Assembly (NCBI GenBank): GCA_049291335.1
Contig: JBATPG010000071.1
Coordinates: 1-29,949 of the forward strand
Direction of reading: 5' to 3'
From: Candidatus Saccharimonadales bacterium
GTDB lineage: Bacteria; Patescibacteriota; Saccharimonadia; Saccharimonadales; UBA4665
DNA length: 29,949 nt
This document shows positions 17,178 through 26,645 of the stretch, one piece after another (position 1 is the first letter of the stretch; each line of letters starts with the position of its first letter). Under the pieces are notes generated by a model that was given only the letters and a program-made list of their open reading frames with translations, ran no database searches and was not told where the DNA came from. The position numbers and the translations under genes were made by a program.

Positions 17178-17208
17178 TACTAGCTAGTATAACAGAGGTG
17201 GACGCGAA

Positions 17209-18813
17209 CTAGTACTCGACCTTGATAGGACGCAGTACTATTCGTCGCAGCCAAGCTGTAACTGGCTTCATTTCGTTCAGGCCAAACACAACAGACATAA
17301 CGCCATGCGTAGTAAAGGTTACGATTGTTATGCCAATAAGTTTGAGTAGTAGCGTCCCTCCGCCGTCCGATGACGTGAGTGGCCACATTTGTACCGCCAC
17401 AAAGCCGGCAACCAAACTAAATCCCGACACCGAAACAACGCGGAATATGTCACTCCAAAACTTCTGGGTAAAGAGCAGCCTGTCTCGAGAGAACATAATC
17501 ACCCCCAAAATAAGCACCTCGACAGCAGCAACGATAGACTGCGCTATGGCTAGTCCTGCCACACCATAGGCGTGCGGACGCGACAGCGTGTACGCCAAGA
17601 AAATATTAAGCCCAATAACAAATATTGAGACCAAGAGTGGAGTGCGGGTGTCTTTTTGCGCATAGAACCAGCGAGAAACCAGCGAAAATATGGTCCTAAA
17701 CAATATAGCCACACACAAGAAACCAAAAATAACGGCTATTTCGGGTGAGTTTTGCGAGAAAATTAAGCGAGCTAAATACCCACGCGCAAAGAAACTGACG
17801 ATGATGACCGGCAACGTTAGCCAAATAATTAGTTTTAGCACCCGCAAGAAATCTATTCTAAACAGGTCAGGCCTACCTTGGCTAAGCCGCAAGTTAAACC
17901 TAGGAAATATGGCGGTAGAAAGCGCCGTACCTATGAGTAATATTGGTGCAGTATGCAGCACATACGCACTACTGTAGTTGCCCACCGCCGTAGCACCGCC
18001 TAGGTTGCGAGCAGATGCAATATTTACCTCTACAATGTTCTGCACTTGGTCTAAGCCTTGGTCTAGCGAGCGAGCTGGCAACTGCTTGGACATATGCTTA
18101 AAGTCTTGCGACCACCGTATGTGTGGGCGCCAATGAAACCCAAGTTTATATGTTCCTAGTAGTATAACGGCCATCTGGAGCAAAGCTCCCGCTGCCGCAC
18201 CAACAGCGAGCCCAACTATGCCAATATTATCTTTAAATATGTAAATGCTGGCAATAATGCTGACGTTATAAAAAATCGGGCCGATGGCATAAAAGAAAAA
18301 CCGCCCAAACACTTGTTGGGCCGCAGCAATCACACCAGAAATTGTGAAGAACAAGGGGTTAAGCGCTAATATTCGAATCATAGTCGCCACATTGTGCTGC
18401 TGTTCGGGCGTATAGCCATGTGCTACTACCGTACTCACGAGTTGATCTGCAAATATAAACATAACTATGCCGACGCCAATCATAATAAAACCTAACAGGT
18501 TAATGAGGCTCGAGGCTAAGTCCCACAGGCCTTTTCTGTCGCCGCGTTGCAGCCTGTCTGACAAGTACGGCATAACCGCAACCCCAAGAGCACCCGCAGC
18601 AATTGTAAAGAAGAAAAAATCAGGCAGTACAAACGCCGCAAAGTAGACACCAGCATTTTGGTCTGGTGGCAATGTTGCACCGTTAAAGTTTGCGTTTACT
18701 AGTTTTGTACGAAAAAATCCGAGCACCTGAGCAAGCATGGCGGTGGCGATAAGAAGAATCGCTACATTACCAAAGCCAGCTTTTTTTCGGGTACGAGGAA
18801 TTTTACTAAACAC
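17209..18813 (-). CDS. murJ: Lipid II flippase MurJ (MviN)
   Basis: QVLGFFR, YFAAFVLPD, RWFYAQKDTRTP motifs; many TM helices. Confidence 0.95.
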   Translation of the reverse strand: MFSKIPRTRKKAGFGNVAILLIATAMLAQVLGFFRTKLVNANFNGATLPPDQNAGVYFAAFVLPDFFFFTIAAGALGVAVMPYLSDRLQRGDRKGLWDLASSLINLLGFIMIGVGIVMFIFADQLVSTVVAHGYTPEQQHNVATMIRILALNPLFFTISGVIAAAQQVFGRFFFYAIGPIFYNVSIIASIYIFKDNIGIVGLAVGAAAGALLQMAVILLGTYKLGFHWRPHIRWSQDFKHMSKQLPARSLDQGLDQVQNIVEVNIASARNLGGATAVGNYSSAYVLHTAPILLIGTALSTAIFPRFNLRLSQGRPDLFRIDFLRVLKLIIWLTLPVIIVSFFARGYLARLIFSQNSPEIAVIFGFLCVAILFRTIFSLVSRWFYAQKDTRTPLLVSIFVIGLNIFLAYTLSRPHAYGVAGLAIAQSIVAAVEVLILGVIMFSRDRLLFTQKFWSDIFRVVSVSGFSLVAGFVAVQMWPLTSSDGGGTLLLKLIGITIVTFTTHGVMSVVFGLNEMKPVTAWLRRIVLRPIKVEY

Positions 18814-18862
18814 GTCACCAATCAGTATAAATCAGTTAGATTGGTACTGCCAGTGGTTTAGG

Positions 18863-19430
18863 CTACTCACCACAAGTGATGGTTGCGCCAGAGTCTGTCG
18901 TGTGGGTGCCAGGCCCTTTTTCGTCACAAAACTGAACGGTCTTCGTTATGCCAACGACAATAAGCGCAGCAACCGCTATAGATACAATAAGTGAAATTAT
19001 AGACACAATAATGCCCGCAAGCGCTAAACCGTTTTTGTGCCCTGCTTTTTTTGACTTAGAGCGAGCAATTATGCTTACAACAAGCCCAATAAGCGGCATA
19101 AAAATTGCCAAGACTAACCCAACAACACCCATGGTATGACCAGGGTCTTCCGTAGAAGGTTCTACGGCTTTAGTGTCTGTGATAGGTGACGTAGCATTGA
19201 TAACACCTGATGAAACAGGCGCGTCAGACGCTTGCTCGGCAGGTACGGTTGCTGAAGCAACCGTTTGTGGCTGGTCTGGAGAGATAGTATCGGTCACCGC
19301 CGGCTGTAATACTGGTGCAACTATAGCGTCTACTAGTGGGGCGCTGGGTTGCGCAGCCTCGGTCGTAGAGCTGTTTATTTCAGGAGCAGTACTTGAGGCG
19401 GTATCTATCGGCTTGCTTTCGTCTGGGTTC
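18863..19430 (-). CDS. DUF4190-like membrane protein with Pro/Ala/Thr-rich N-terminus
   Basis: GLVLAIFMPLIGLVVSIIA...GLALAGIIVS; ATG at 19430 with GAGG RBS (GTG at 19453 possible). Confidence 0.75.
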
Positions 19431-19514
19431 ATGGCTTTTCCTCTCGTTGTCACGTAGTGCTTATGTTACCCATATGGTACCACAGCGCATACACGCAATC
19501 AGTAGAGAGAGGTT

Positions 19515-21383
19515 CTAGTACAGCGCGGCTTCTTTAGGCAAATGTGTACCTTCAAGTAGTGTAAGTACGTCTGCTGCTTCGACGGTTTCTTTTTCTAGTA
19601 AGGCGTCTTTTAGCTTTTCTAGTTGTGTTAGGTTAGCCTTTATGACTGCTCTCGCACGCTTTGCGGCTTCTGTAATTAGCGCTTCTACTTCTTGGTCAAT
19701 GACCTTTGCGGTATCTTCGGAGTAGTCACGGTCGTGAGTCAGCTTGTCAAACATCATGCCTTCTTCTGCGTGGAACACTTGGTCGCGTAGCTTGGTGCCC
19801 ATACCCTGGTTTGCAATCATGTCTCGAGCGAGTTCTGCGGCTTTCTGCAAGTCGTTACCAGCACCTGTAGTTACACGGTCTGCACCATATTTTACCTCTT
19901 CGGCAATACGGCCACCCAGCATACGTGCAAGCACGTCTTTGTACTCAATAATGCTGTGGTAGCTTTTGTCTTCTGGTGGAATAAACCAGGTAACGCCACC
20001 GGTGCCACCACGTGGGATAATGGTAACTTTGTGCACTACATCGCTGTCTGGCAAAACATGACCAACTATAGCGTGGCCTGCTTCGTGGTAAGCGGTTAGC
20101 TCTTTTTCTTTTTCGTTCATTACCTTGCTTTTACGCTCTGGCCCAATTGCGACGCGTTCAAAAGCTTCGGTCACATCGTCGTTCGTAATCTTTACGTGGT
20201 TGCGCCTAGCGGCAATAATCGCAGACTCGTTAGCGATGTTCGCTAGGTCGGCACCAGAACTGCCGGCAGTTTTGGCTGCAAGTGCGTCTATGTTTACGCT
20301 GTCGTCGACTGGCTTTTTAGCAAAGTGAATCTTTAAAATAGCGTGGCGGTCTGGGCGGTCTGGTAGACCGATGCCTACTCGACGGTCAAAACGACCAGGT
20401 CGCAGTAGCGCAGGGTCTAGTACGTCTGCACGGTTAGTAGCAGCCAGTACAATTACGTTTTGACCTTGTTCAAAGCCATCCATTTCTACAAGAATCTGGT
20501 TGAGAGTTTGTTCACGCTCGTCATGACCGCCACCCATACCAGAGCCACGGCGCCGACCAACGGCATCAATTTCGTCTACAAAGATAATGCAGGGAGCATT
20601 CTTTTTGGCTTTTGCGAATAAGTCGCGAACTCGGCTTGCGCCAACACCAACAAACATTTCAACAAATTCAGAACCAGAAATACTAAAGAACGGCACGCCA
20701 GCTTCGCCCGCAACGGCACGAGCCAACATTGTTTTACCCGTACCAGGAGGACCCACAAGCAACACGCCTTTAGGTATGCGGGCACCAAGCTTGTCAAACT
20801 TCTTAGGGAACTTAAGAAACTCAACAACTTCTTCAAGGTCTTGTTTAGCTTCGGCCTGTCCGGCAACATCTGCAAACAGTACTTTGCCCTTTTCGTTACC
20901 GTACAAACGCGCTCGGCTTTTGCCAAAGCTCATGGCTTGGTTGCCTTGACCTTGTGCACTACGCATCATCCAGAACAGTAAACCACCAATAAGAATAATC
21001 GGTAGCAGTGACGACAGCGCAAAGCCTATAACGTTAGAACTCGTTGAAGAAGCCGGCTTAACGGTAACTTCTACCTTAGAGGGGTTTATACCAATATCTT
21101 TAACGCTTGTACCAACCTCTTTGTTGGCCGTAATAGTTGGTTTGTCTTCGCCCTTTTTGGTAATAAGTAGCTTTTGACCATCGATCTCGATCTTACTGTA
21201 CTTGCCGGCATTTGCTTCTTTAACTACGGTTGTAATTGGGACTTCTTTGATGGTAGTAGAGGGCTGTACTAAATAGCTTACAAGGAATATTGCCGCGAAT
21301 ACTGCAAGAACAATCCACCCTAGGTTCTTATTTTGACGCTTCTGATTGCCGTGCTTAGCAGGCTTTGGTTGTTTCACATTCAT
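19515..21383 (-). CDS. ftsH: ATP-dependent zinc metalloprotease FtsH
   Basis: GPPGTGKT Walker A, SRH RPGRFDR, HEAGH zinc motif, two TM helices. Confidence 0.99.
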   Translation of the reverse strand: MNVKQPKPAKHGNQKRQNKNLGWIVLAVFAAIFLVSYLVQPSTTIKEVPITTVVKEANAGKYSKIEIDGQKLLITKKGEDKPTITANKEVGTSVKDIGINPSKVEVTVKPASSTSSNVIGFALSSLLPIILIGGLLFWMMRSAQGQGNQAMSFGKSRARLYGNEKGKVLFADVAGQAEAKQDLEEVVEFLKFPKKFDKLGARIPKGVLLVGPPGTGKTMLARAVAGEAGVPFFSISGSEFVEMFVGVGASRVRDLFAKAKKNAPCIIFVDEIDAVGRRRGSGMGGGHDEREQTLNQILVEMDGFEQGQNVIVLAATNRADVLDPALLRPGRFDRRVGIGLPDRPDRHAILKIHFAKKPVDDSVNIDALAAKTAGSSGADLANIANESAIIAARRNHVKITNDDVTEAFERVAIGPERKSKVMNEKEKELTAYHEAGHAIVGHVLPDSDVVHKVTIIPRGGTGGVTWFIPPEDKSYHSIIEYKDVLARMLGGRIAEEVKYGADRVTTGAGNDLQKAAELARDMIANQGMGTKLRDQVFHAEEGMMFDKLTHDRDYSEDTAKVIDQEVEALITEAAKRARAVIKANLTQLEKLKDALLEKETVEAADVLTLLEGTHLPKEAALY

Positions 21384-21419
21384 GTCTAGCCAGTATACAG
21401 CAGATGTAATCGCCTGTCA

Positions 21420-22298
21420 TTATCTAAACAGCTTGATTTCTGTCTTGCGTATCCCAAGAGACCAGCCCTTAGCTACGTCTACCTGGCTGCCGTTTCTGCC
21501 GTTTAAAATTGCTTCGTACAGTCGCGCTACAAGTTGTTTGCTAATTGTTACTGCAGTACGAGTTCTTAGCCACTGCACTAGCACTTCACTGGCGACTTCT
21601 GCGGGGAGTGCTGTAAACTGCGCTCTGTTTAGCACATTGGGGCTAGATTGTGCCTGCAAATACTCGTCAACCAGCGTTTGAATAGCATCGTTGAGTTCAC
21701 TCGCACGCTTACTGGTTGCAAGCAGTGCTTCACGAGCTTCGCTGTCCATGCGTGGCACAATGTTCAGCCGCACATAGTTACGTAAAAATTTTTGGTCGCT
21801 ATTGGTGCTGTCTTCGCGCCACTCTAGCATGCTTTCTAGTGCGTACATACGAATAGTTTCTTTCGGAACATGCAGCAGTGGTCGCACCAACTCGATTGTA
21901 GAGCGCAAAGAACTTAGGCCCCTACTTTTAGTACCCCGCAAGAAATTAATAATAATAGTTTCGAGCACGTCGTCTTGATGATGGGCGGTAATAATGGCCG
22001 AGGCACTATGCTTTTTGCAAACTCGTCGCAAAAAGTCGTACCGAGCTTTACGGGCTGTGGCCTCGCTCGCGCTTTGCCCTAACTTGCCTTCTTCGTACTC
22101 AAATGGCAGGCCATAGGTTTTTGCATATAGTTGCACAAGCTTGCGGTCTTCGGCAGAGTCTGGGCGTATGCCATGGTCGTAATGCGCCACTACCAGTTGT
22201 AGGTCTGGCTCGTGAGCTAGCACATGCAAAAGCGCCACGCTGTCTACCCCGCCACTGACGGCTACAACATACTTCCCTGCGGGAACATTCACTTTCAT
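21420..22298 (-). CDS. tilS: tRNA(Ile)-lysidine synthetase
   Basis: SGGVDS PP-loop, ARKARY, TAHHQDD, DSTN...RNYVR. Confidence 0.97.
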   Translation of the reverse strand: MKVNVPAGKYVVAVSGGVDSVALLHVLAHEPDLQLVVAHYDHGIRPDSAEDRKLVQLYAKTYGLPFEYEEGKLGQSASEATARKARYDFLRRVCKKHSASAIITAHHQDDVLETIIINFLRGTKSRGLSSLRSTIELVRPLLHVPKETIRMYALESMLEWREDSTNSDQKFLRNYVRLNIVPRMDSEAREALLATSKRASELNDAIQTLVDEYLQAQSSPNVLNRAQFTALPAEVASEVLVQWLRTRTAVTISKQLVARLYEAILNGRNGSQVDVAKGWSLGIRKTEIKLFR

Positions 22299-22372
22299 TG
22301 CCCCATTGTAACAATCAAAGCCACTATTCTATGCTATCTGTTCGATATTTTCCACCCGCTACGCGCGTTACC

Positions 22373-22939
22373 TCATGGTCGCCTGGAGCCTGAGCCCAGA
22401 CTTTGCAGGCGTTTGTCCATTGCCAACGCATCTGCCACCTGGGCGGCGGCAAGCGCGTCGAGTTGCGACCCCATATCGCGGTTTGGCAGCCCATCATAAT
22501 CAATGTACAGCCCGGCTCCAGTCACATCCTGAATCCATGTCTGATCATCAACCCCCCTTAGCGTTCCTGTAGAGCAACCCCCATACATGTGACCCAGGTA
22601 GCCTGTGCGTACCGTCCTTTCGTCGCGGGCCCCAACGTCCGTGGTCGTCAAGTCCTCGCCATGGACGACCATGATTGCCCCCGCGACATTCGCTAGAAAT
22701 GAGTTGACTGCTTGCAAATTCTGTCGTTGCGAAATCGTCGATGAAGGCTCCAGCGTAAGAGCCCTGTGAACCAGCGTAATCTCACTCATCCAGGGGCCAT
22801 GAACAAGCGGGCTGAAGGCTTTGAGACGCGTACCCCCAACTACAATAGACCGGGCGTCTGCCTGATCAACTCGTCCCTCTACCCAAGCGCCCGGGCTCTT
22901 TCGCTCAATCAGGGGGGTTTCATACTTTGCTAGTAGCAT
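22373..22939 (-). CDS. Hypothetical protein (188 aa, appears more GC-rich than neighbours)
   Basis: GAGAGG RBS; no family recognised. Confidence 0.7.
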   Translation of the reverse strand: MLLAKYETPLIERKSPGAWVEGRVDQADARSIVVGGTRLKAFSPLVHGPWMSEITLVHRALTLEPSSTISQRQNLQAVNSFLANVAGAIMVVHGEDLTTTDVGARDERTVRTGYLGHMYGGCSTGTLRGVDDQTWIQDVTGAGLYIDYDGLPNRDMGSQLDALAAAQVADALAMDKRLQSLGSGSRRP

Positions 22940-22963
22940 TGTGTTCCTCTCGTTTTAGCTCAC

Positions 22964-23066
22964 AAAAAAACGGCCAATGGCCGCTTAGTGATTTGCTGAT
23001 TCAAGTTGCTGATTTATGTGATGCACCCTGAGATTTTATTATAACGTTAGTGGCTATCCGACGCAA
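22964..23066 (-). promoter_or_regulatory. Promoter, 13-aa leader ORF and terminator hairpin (candidate attenuator)
   Basis: TTGCGT-17-TATAAT; GTG ORF 23026-22985; CGGCC-ATT-GGCCG followed by T7. Confidence 0.55.
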
Positions 23067-23096
23067 CAATAGTATGGTGCTATACTACACTACTAT

Positions 23097-23603
23097 ATGA
23101 AACACCTATACTTCATACGTCATGGTCAAAGTGAGCTAAACGCCCAAGGCATTTTTGCTGGCAGACTCGACACGCCACTTACCGATACTGGTCGCTTGCA
23201 AGCAAAAAATGCAGGCAAAGATATCAAAAATCTACACATAGATCTGATCGTTTCATCCGACTTAGGCCGAGCAATAGAAACTGCACAAATTATCGCCCGT
23301 GAAATTGGATATAGCCAAAACGATATTGTAGTTAACCCTCTGTTTGTCGAACAGTTTTACGGCTCGCTAGAGGGAAAACCGTGGACCGAAACCCCCAACA
23401 TTGGCAAGTACACCGACATTGAGTCAGACGAAGAACTTGTAGAGCGTGCAAAAGAGGGACTAGCCTACTTGCGCACACTGCCCGCAGAAACTGTGTTACT
23501 TGTAAGCCATGGCTCATACAGTCGAGCCCTGCGTGCCGCAATTGAAGGTGGCGATATCAAAAAAGATGAACCCGAAAACGCCAAAGTAGTACAATTTATA
23601 TAA
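23097..23603 (+). CDS. Histidine phosphatase family protein
   Basis: RHG motif, SSDLGRA, VSHG. Confidence 0.93.
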   Translation: MKHLYFIRHGQSELNAQGIFAGRLDTPLTDTGRLQAKNAGKDIKNLHIDLIVSSDLGRAIETAQIIAREIGYSQNDIVVNPLFVEQFYGSLEGKPWTETPNIGKYTDIESDEELVERAKEGLAYLRTLPAETVLLVSHGSYSRALRAAIEGGDIKKDEPENAKVVQFI

Positions 23604-24163
23604 TGAAGCATCTTTACTACGTTAGACACGGTGAGAGTTATATTAACATTTCAGATATTTTTTCCAGTAAGGTTGGTACGCCAAACGACAAAGGGCTCAC
23701 CGAAACAGGCCAAAAACAGGCTGAAAACGGCGCAAAGTATGCAAAAGAAGCAGGGCTAAAGCCAGACATACTATTTTGCTCTCCATTAAAACGAGCGCAA
23801 GAAACCGCCATACTATTGGCAAAAGAACTTGGCTACCCTGAAAAAGACATAGTTACTAGTGGCCTGTTTGTAGAAATGCAGTATGGCGAGCTTGAAGGTA
23901 CGCCATGGATGGCTTTTTGGGAAAGTGGCAAGTCGTACAAAAACTTAGGCGACTATGCAGGGGCAGAAACGCTTGAAGCAATGCAGCAGCGCGCCAAAAA
24001 AGCTCTAGAATATTTACAATCTAGGCCAGAAGAAACAATCTTAGTCGTTAGCCACGCTGCATTCGGTCGAGCCTTGAAGCGTGAAATAGACGGCAAACCA
24101 TTTAGCGACGAGTTCGAAAACCATACAGAGCTACCGCATGGGGAAGTCAACAAACTCCTATGA
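23603..24163 (+). CDS. Histidine phosphatase family protein (tandem paralog)
   Basis: RHGES, SPLKRAQETA, VSHA; TAATG overlap. Confidence 0.93.
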   Translation: MKHLYYVRHGESYINISDIFSSKVGTPNDKGLTETGQKQAENGAKYAKEAGLKPDILFCSPLKRAQETAILLAKELGYPEKDIVTSGLFVEMQYGELEGTPWMAFWESGKSYKNLGDYAGAETLEAMQQRAKKALEYLQSRPEETILVVSHAAFGRALKREIDGKPFSDEFENHTELPHGEVNKLL

Positions 24164-24756
24164 ACCAACCAGACATATACCGCTTGCTAGAGCTACAAAT
24201 GCTTCTGCAGTCCTTTAACGAGGTAGATCGCAAATTACATCGCAAGCACGCAGGAAAAATGCGACCCGAGAACGATACTGAACACAGCTACAACCTAGCA
24301 ATGACGGCCTGGTTTTTGGCTCCGCATTTTTCTGAGCTCAACAAAGATTTACTTATTAAATACGCACTTGTGCACGATTTGGTAGAGGTGCACGCCGGTG
24401 ACACCTACATATATGGCACCAACGAAGAACTATCTACAAAAGCAGATCGCGAAAAAGTTGCAGCCGCAAAGCTACTCGCAGACTGGGCTGACTTTTCAGA
24501 AATACACGAGCTAATTGAAAAATATGAAAACAAGACCGACCCTGAAGCCCGCTTTGTGTACGCGCTCGACAAAATTATGCCTATTATGCAAATTTACATC
24601 CATAAAGGCTACACCTGGCAAAAAGAAGGCATTACAGCAGAGCAACTGCACGCAAATAAATACGACAAAGTTAAGCTTTCGCCAGAAGTAACACCATATT
24701 ACGAACAGCTGTACGAACTTCTACTGTCTTCGCCAGAACTTATCCCGCCAAACTAG
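24160..24756 (+). CDS. HD-domain hydrolase (YfbR/HDDC2-like 5'-nucleotidase)
   Basis: ENDTEHSY, LVHDLVEVHAGD, ALDK motifs. Confidence 0.9.
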   Translation: MNQPDIYRLLELQMLLQSFNEVDRKLHRKHAGKMRPENDTEHSYNLAMTAWFLAPHFSELNKDLLIKYALVHDLVEVHAGDTYIYGTNEELSTKADREKVAAAKLLADWADFSEIHELIEKYENKTDPEARFVYALDKIMPIMQIYIHKGYTWQKEGITAEQLHANKYDKVKLSPEVTPYYEQLYELLLSSPELIPPN

Positions 24757-24795
24757 CCGTATATTGCTAATGTTTGACATTTATGCTATAATACT

Positions 24796-25419
24796 ATGAT
24801 GAGTAACAAAACTACCTCCACCGTTATTAACGTGACTGGTCGCTCTTACGCAGGAAAGACCGAGCTAGTCAGGACCGCAGCGTATTATCTTAGAAATTGG
24901 CAAGAGGCATATGCTGCCGTTGTTGACGTAGACGCCCTAACGCAAAAAGCCGCGCACGAACCGCTGCTAACTCGCAACGAATTTGTTGAAGCAGAACTAC
25001 GACGTGCAAGACAACAAAAATCAGTTACTGCAGAAGTTTTAAAACTATCGGTCGATGGCTACCCTTTAATTATAATCGACGGCCTGCAAGACTACGGCCA
25101 AGCCAGAAGCCTACAAAACCTTTACGGTGAGAACTACCACACTCTTACTCTACAGGCAGACCCGTCGGACCCAGCCAGACTAGAGCGAGCCGCGCTACAA
25201 GCAGAGGCTTCAGGCCTTCTTGTGCCTCATGGTATGGACGAACTAGAGCTTTTCGAACAACGACTATACACCAGCGAAACGCACGCGGCACGTACTTGGG
25301 ACATGAACTCGTATCGCAACGAAGACGGCAGCCCATACCTTCCCAATGTTAGTCACGACAAACACATCCATATTGCCGAAGTGGCACTGCGCCCCTACTT
25401 ACTGCCGGCAGCCGCCTAA
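24796..25419 (+). CDS. P-loop NTPase, nucleotide/dephospho-CoA kinase-like
   Basis: VTGRSYAGKTE Walker A; IIIDG. Confidence 0.6.
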   Translation: MMSNKTTSTVINVTGRSYAGKTELVRTAAYYLRNWQEAYAAVVDVDALTQKAAHEPLLTRNEFVEAELRRARQQKSVTAEVLKLSVDGYPLIIIDGLQDYGQARSLQNLYGENYHTLTLQADPSDPARLERAALQAEASGLLVPHGMDELELFEQRLYTSETHAARTWDMNSYRNEDGSPYLPNVSHDKHIHIAEVALRPYLLPAAA

Positions 25420-25461
25420 CACTTTTACTCTATTCTGTAATCTGTTACAATACCCCCTGTT

Positions 25462-25706
25462 CTGTATTTGCAGACAAAATTTCAAACGAGAGATTTTGGC
25501 TGAAGGAAAAGAGAAGGAGCGGTTCTGGCATCGCCAGAATTCGAATTTATTTCGAAAGCTCCGATGAGAAACAATATGCTTTTCTAAACTAGTTTTACAA
25601 ACCAAGGAGCGTAGTCGACTGTTTGTAAAACTAAGAGGAGAAACATAGGTCTAGGTCGAAGCTTTTGGCAATAGCCAAAACGAGACTTGACCGTACGTTT
25701 CGACGA
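25462..25706 (+). ncRNA. Highly structured non-coding element upstream of tRNA-Met, possibly related to the lepA elements
   Basis: At least six hairpins including a perfect 13-bp stem; shares GGAAAAGAG and CGATGAGAAA with the lepA elements. Confidence 0.55.
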
Positions 25707-25783
25707 GGCGGCATAGCTCAGCTGGTTAGAGCGTCGGACTCATAAGCCGAAGGTCAGTGGTTCAAGTCCACTTGTCGCTACCA
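25707..25783 (+). tRNA. tRNA-Met (CAT), probably elongator
   Basis: Cloverleaf: GGCGGCA/TGTCGCT acceptor stem, CTCATAA loop, GGTTCAAGTCC T-arm, encoded CCA. Confidence 0.95.
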
Positions 25784-25820
25784 AAACAAGTGCCTCACAG
25801 CAATGTGGGGCTTTTGTTTT
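25783..25820. terminator. Bidirectional intrinsic terminator after tRNA-Met
   Basis: AAAACAAG-TGCCTCACA-GCAA-TGTGGGGC-TTTTGTTTT between convergent genes. Confidence 0.88.
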
Positions 25821-25842
25821 AGCAAGAGTGCTGGGCTATTAA

Positions 25843-26256
25843 CTAAAACAGGCTGATTACCCAAGCGGCGAGTAGTAGGCGCACGAGTGCTTCGCCGCTC
25901 ATAATGGCGATTTGCAAGACCTTCATGTTGCTTGCAGTTTGGCTAAACAGCACGGCAGAGACTTGTGCGGGCATAACAAACCCGAGCCATAGCCAAAACG
26001 CTAGCTGGTACGGCGAAAGGTCTGTTGGCAAGCTTATAAAGTACGCCAGCACAAACGCCGAAATAATAGTCACAACTAACTGGGCTCCATAGGTTGGACC
26101 CATTTCTGACATTAGCTTGTCTTGCTCTGCTTTGCTTAATTTGTCAAAGCCGTGAATGTTGCCCCATGCTTTTTGAAATGGAACTGCATACCAAAACGCC
26201 CCGACGGCAAACATTACAACTGTTGCTGCTAGCACTGAAAGTAAGTTAATTTCCAT
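25843..26256 (-). CDS. DUF1761 family membrane protein
   Basis: INLLSVLAAT...GAFWY...FQKAW, FWLWLGF motifs. Confidence 0.85.
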   Translation of the reverse strand: MEINLLSVLAATVVMFAVGAFWYAVPFQKAWGNIHGFDKLSKAEQDKLMSEMGPTYGAQLVVTIISAFVLAYFISLPTDLSPYQLAFWLWLGFVMPAQVSAVLFSQTASNMKVLQIAIMSGEALVRLLLAAWVISLF

Positions 26257-26362
26257 TGCGTCTCCTAATTATGGTTTTTAGTATAGCCTGACTTAGCCAA
26301 AATCGTTATGAAAAGTAGTTTAGGTTGTATTCATCAGCTGGCAATTTGCTATGATGAGATAA

Positions 26363-26644
26363 ATGGATACCATAAAATCAAAAATTGATAAGAAACGTGT
26401 TGAGTTAATTGCCCTTACTGCTGGCATTATTCAGCCGCTGATTACACTGCCACAAATTATTACTATTTATTCGAACCAGAGTGCGACTGATGTTTCTCTG
26501 CTAACATGGCTTGGGTACTTACTGTTTGGCATTATTTTCTTAGTGTATGGGCTGGTGTTTAACTTAAAACCAATATGGATTGGGCAAATTATTTGGATCA
26601 CCATGCAGACCATAGTTGTCTTTGGTATCTTGCTTTACAGTTAA
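26363..26644 (+). CDS. PQ-loop / SemiSWEET-like transporter
   Basis: TLPQIITIY...ATDVSLLTW; 3 TM; 93 aa. Confidence 0.85.
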   Translation: MDTIKSKIDKKRVELIALTAGIIQPLITLPQIITIYSNQSATDVSLLTWLGYLLFGIIFLVYGLVFNLKPIWIGQIIWITMQTIVVFGILLYS

Positions 26645-26645
26645 G

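Noticed and set aside
25346..25605. 73-aa and 68-aa ORFs over the structured region before the tRNA
   Set aside because: No initiation signals or protein-like features; the dense hairpins favour a non-coding element.
25561..25705. Hammerhead-like CCGATGA...GACG core
   Set aside because: The core deviates from CUGAUGA/GAAA and stems I and III with a cleavage triplet could not be built.
25707..25783. tRNA-Ile2 (lysidine) or initiator identity, suggested by the nearby tilS
   Set aside because: The acceptor stem GGCGGCA with G1.U72 resembles elongator tRNA-Met; it lacks the C1 mismatch and three G-C anticodon pairs of the initiator.
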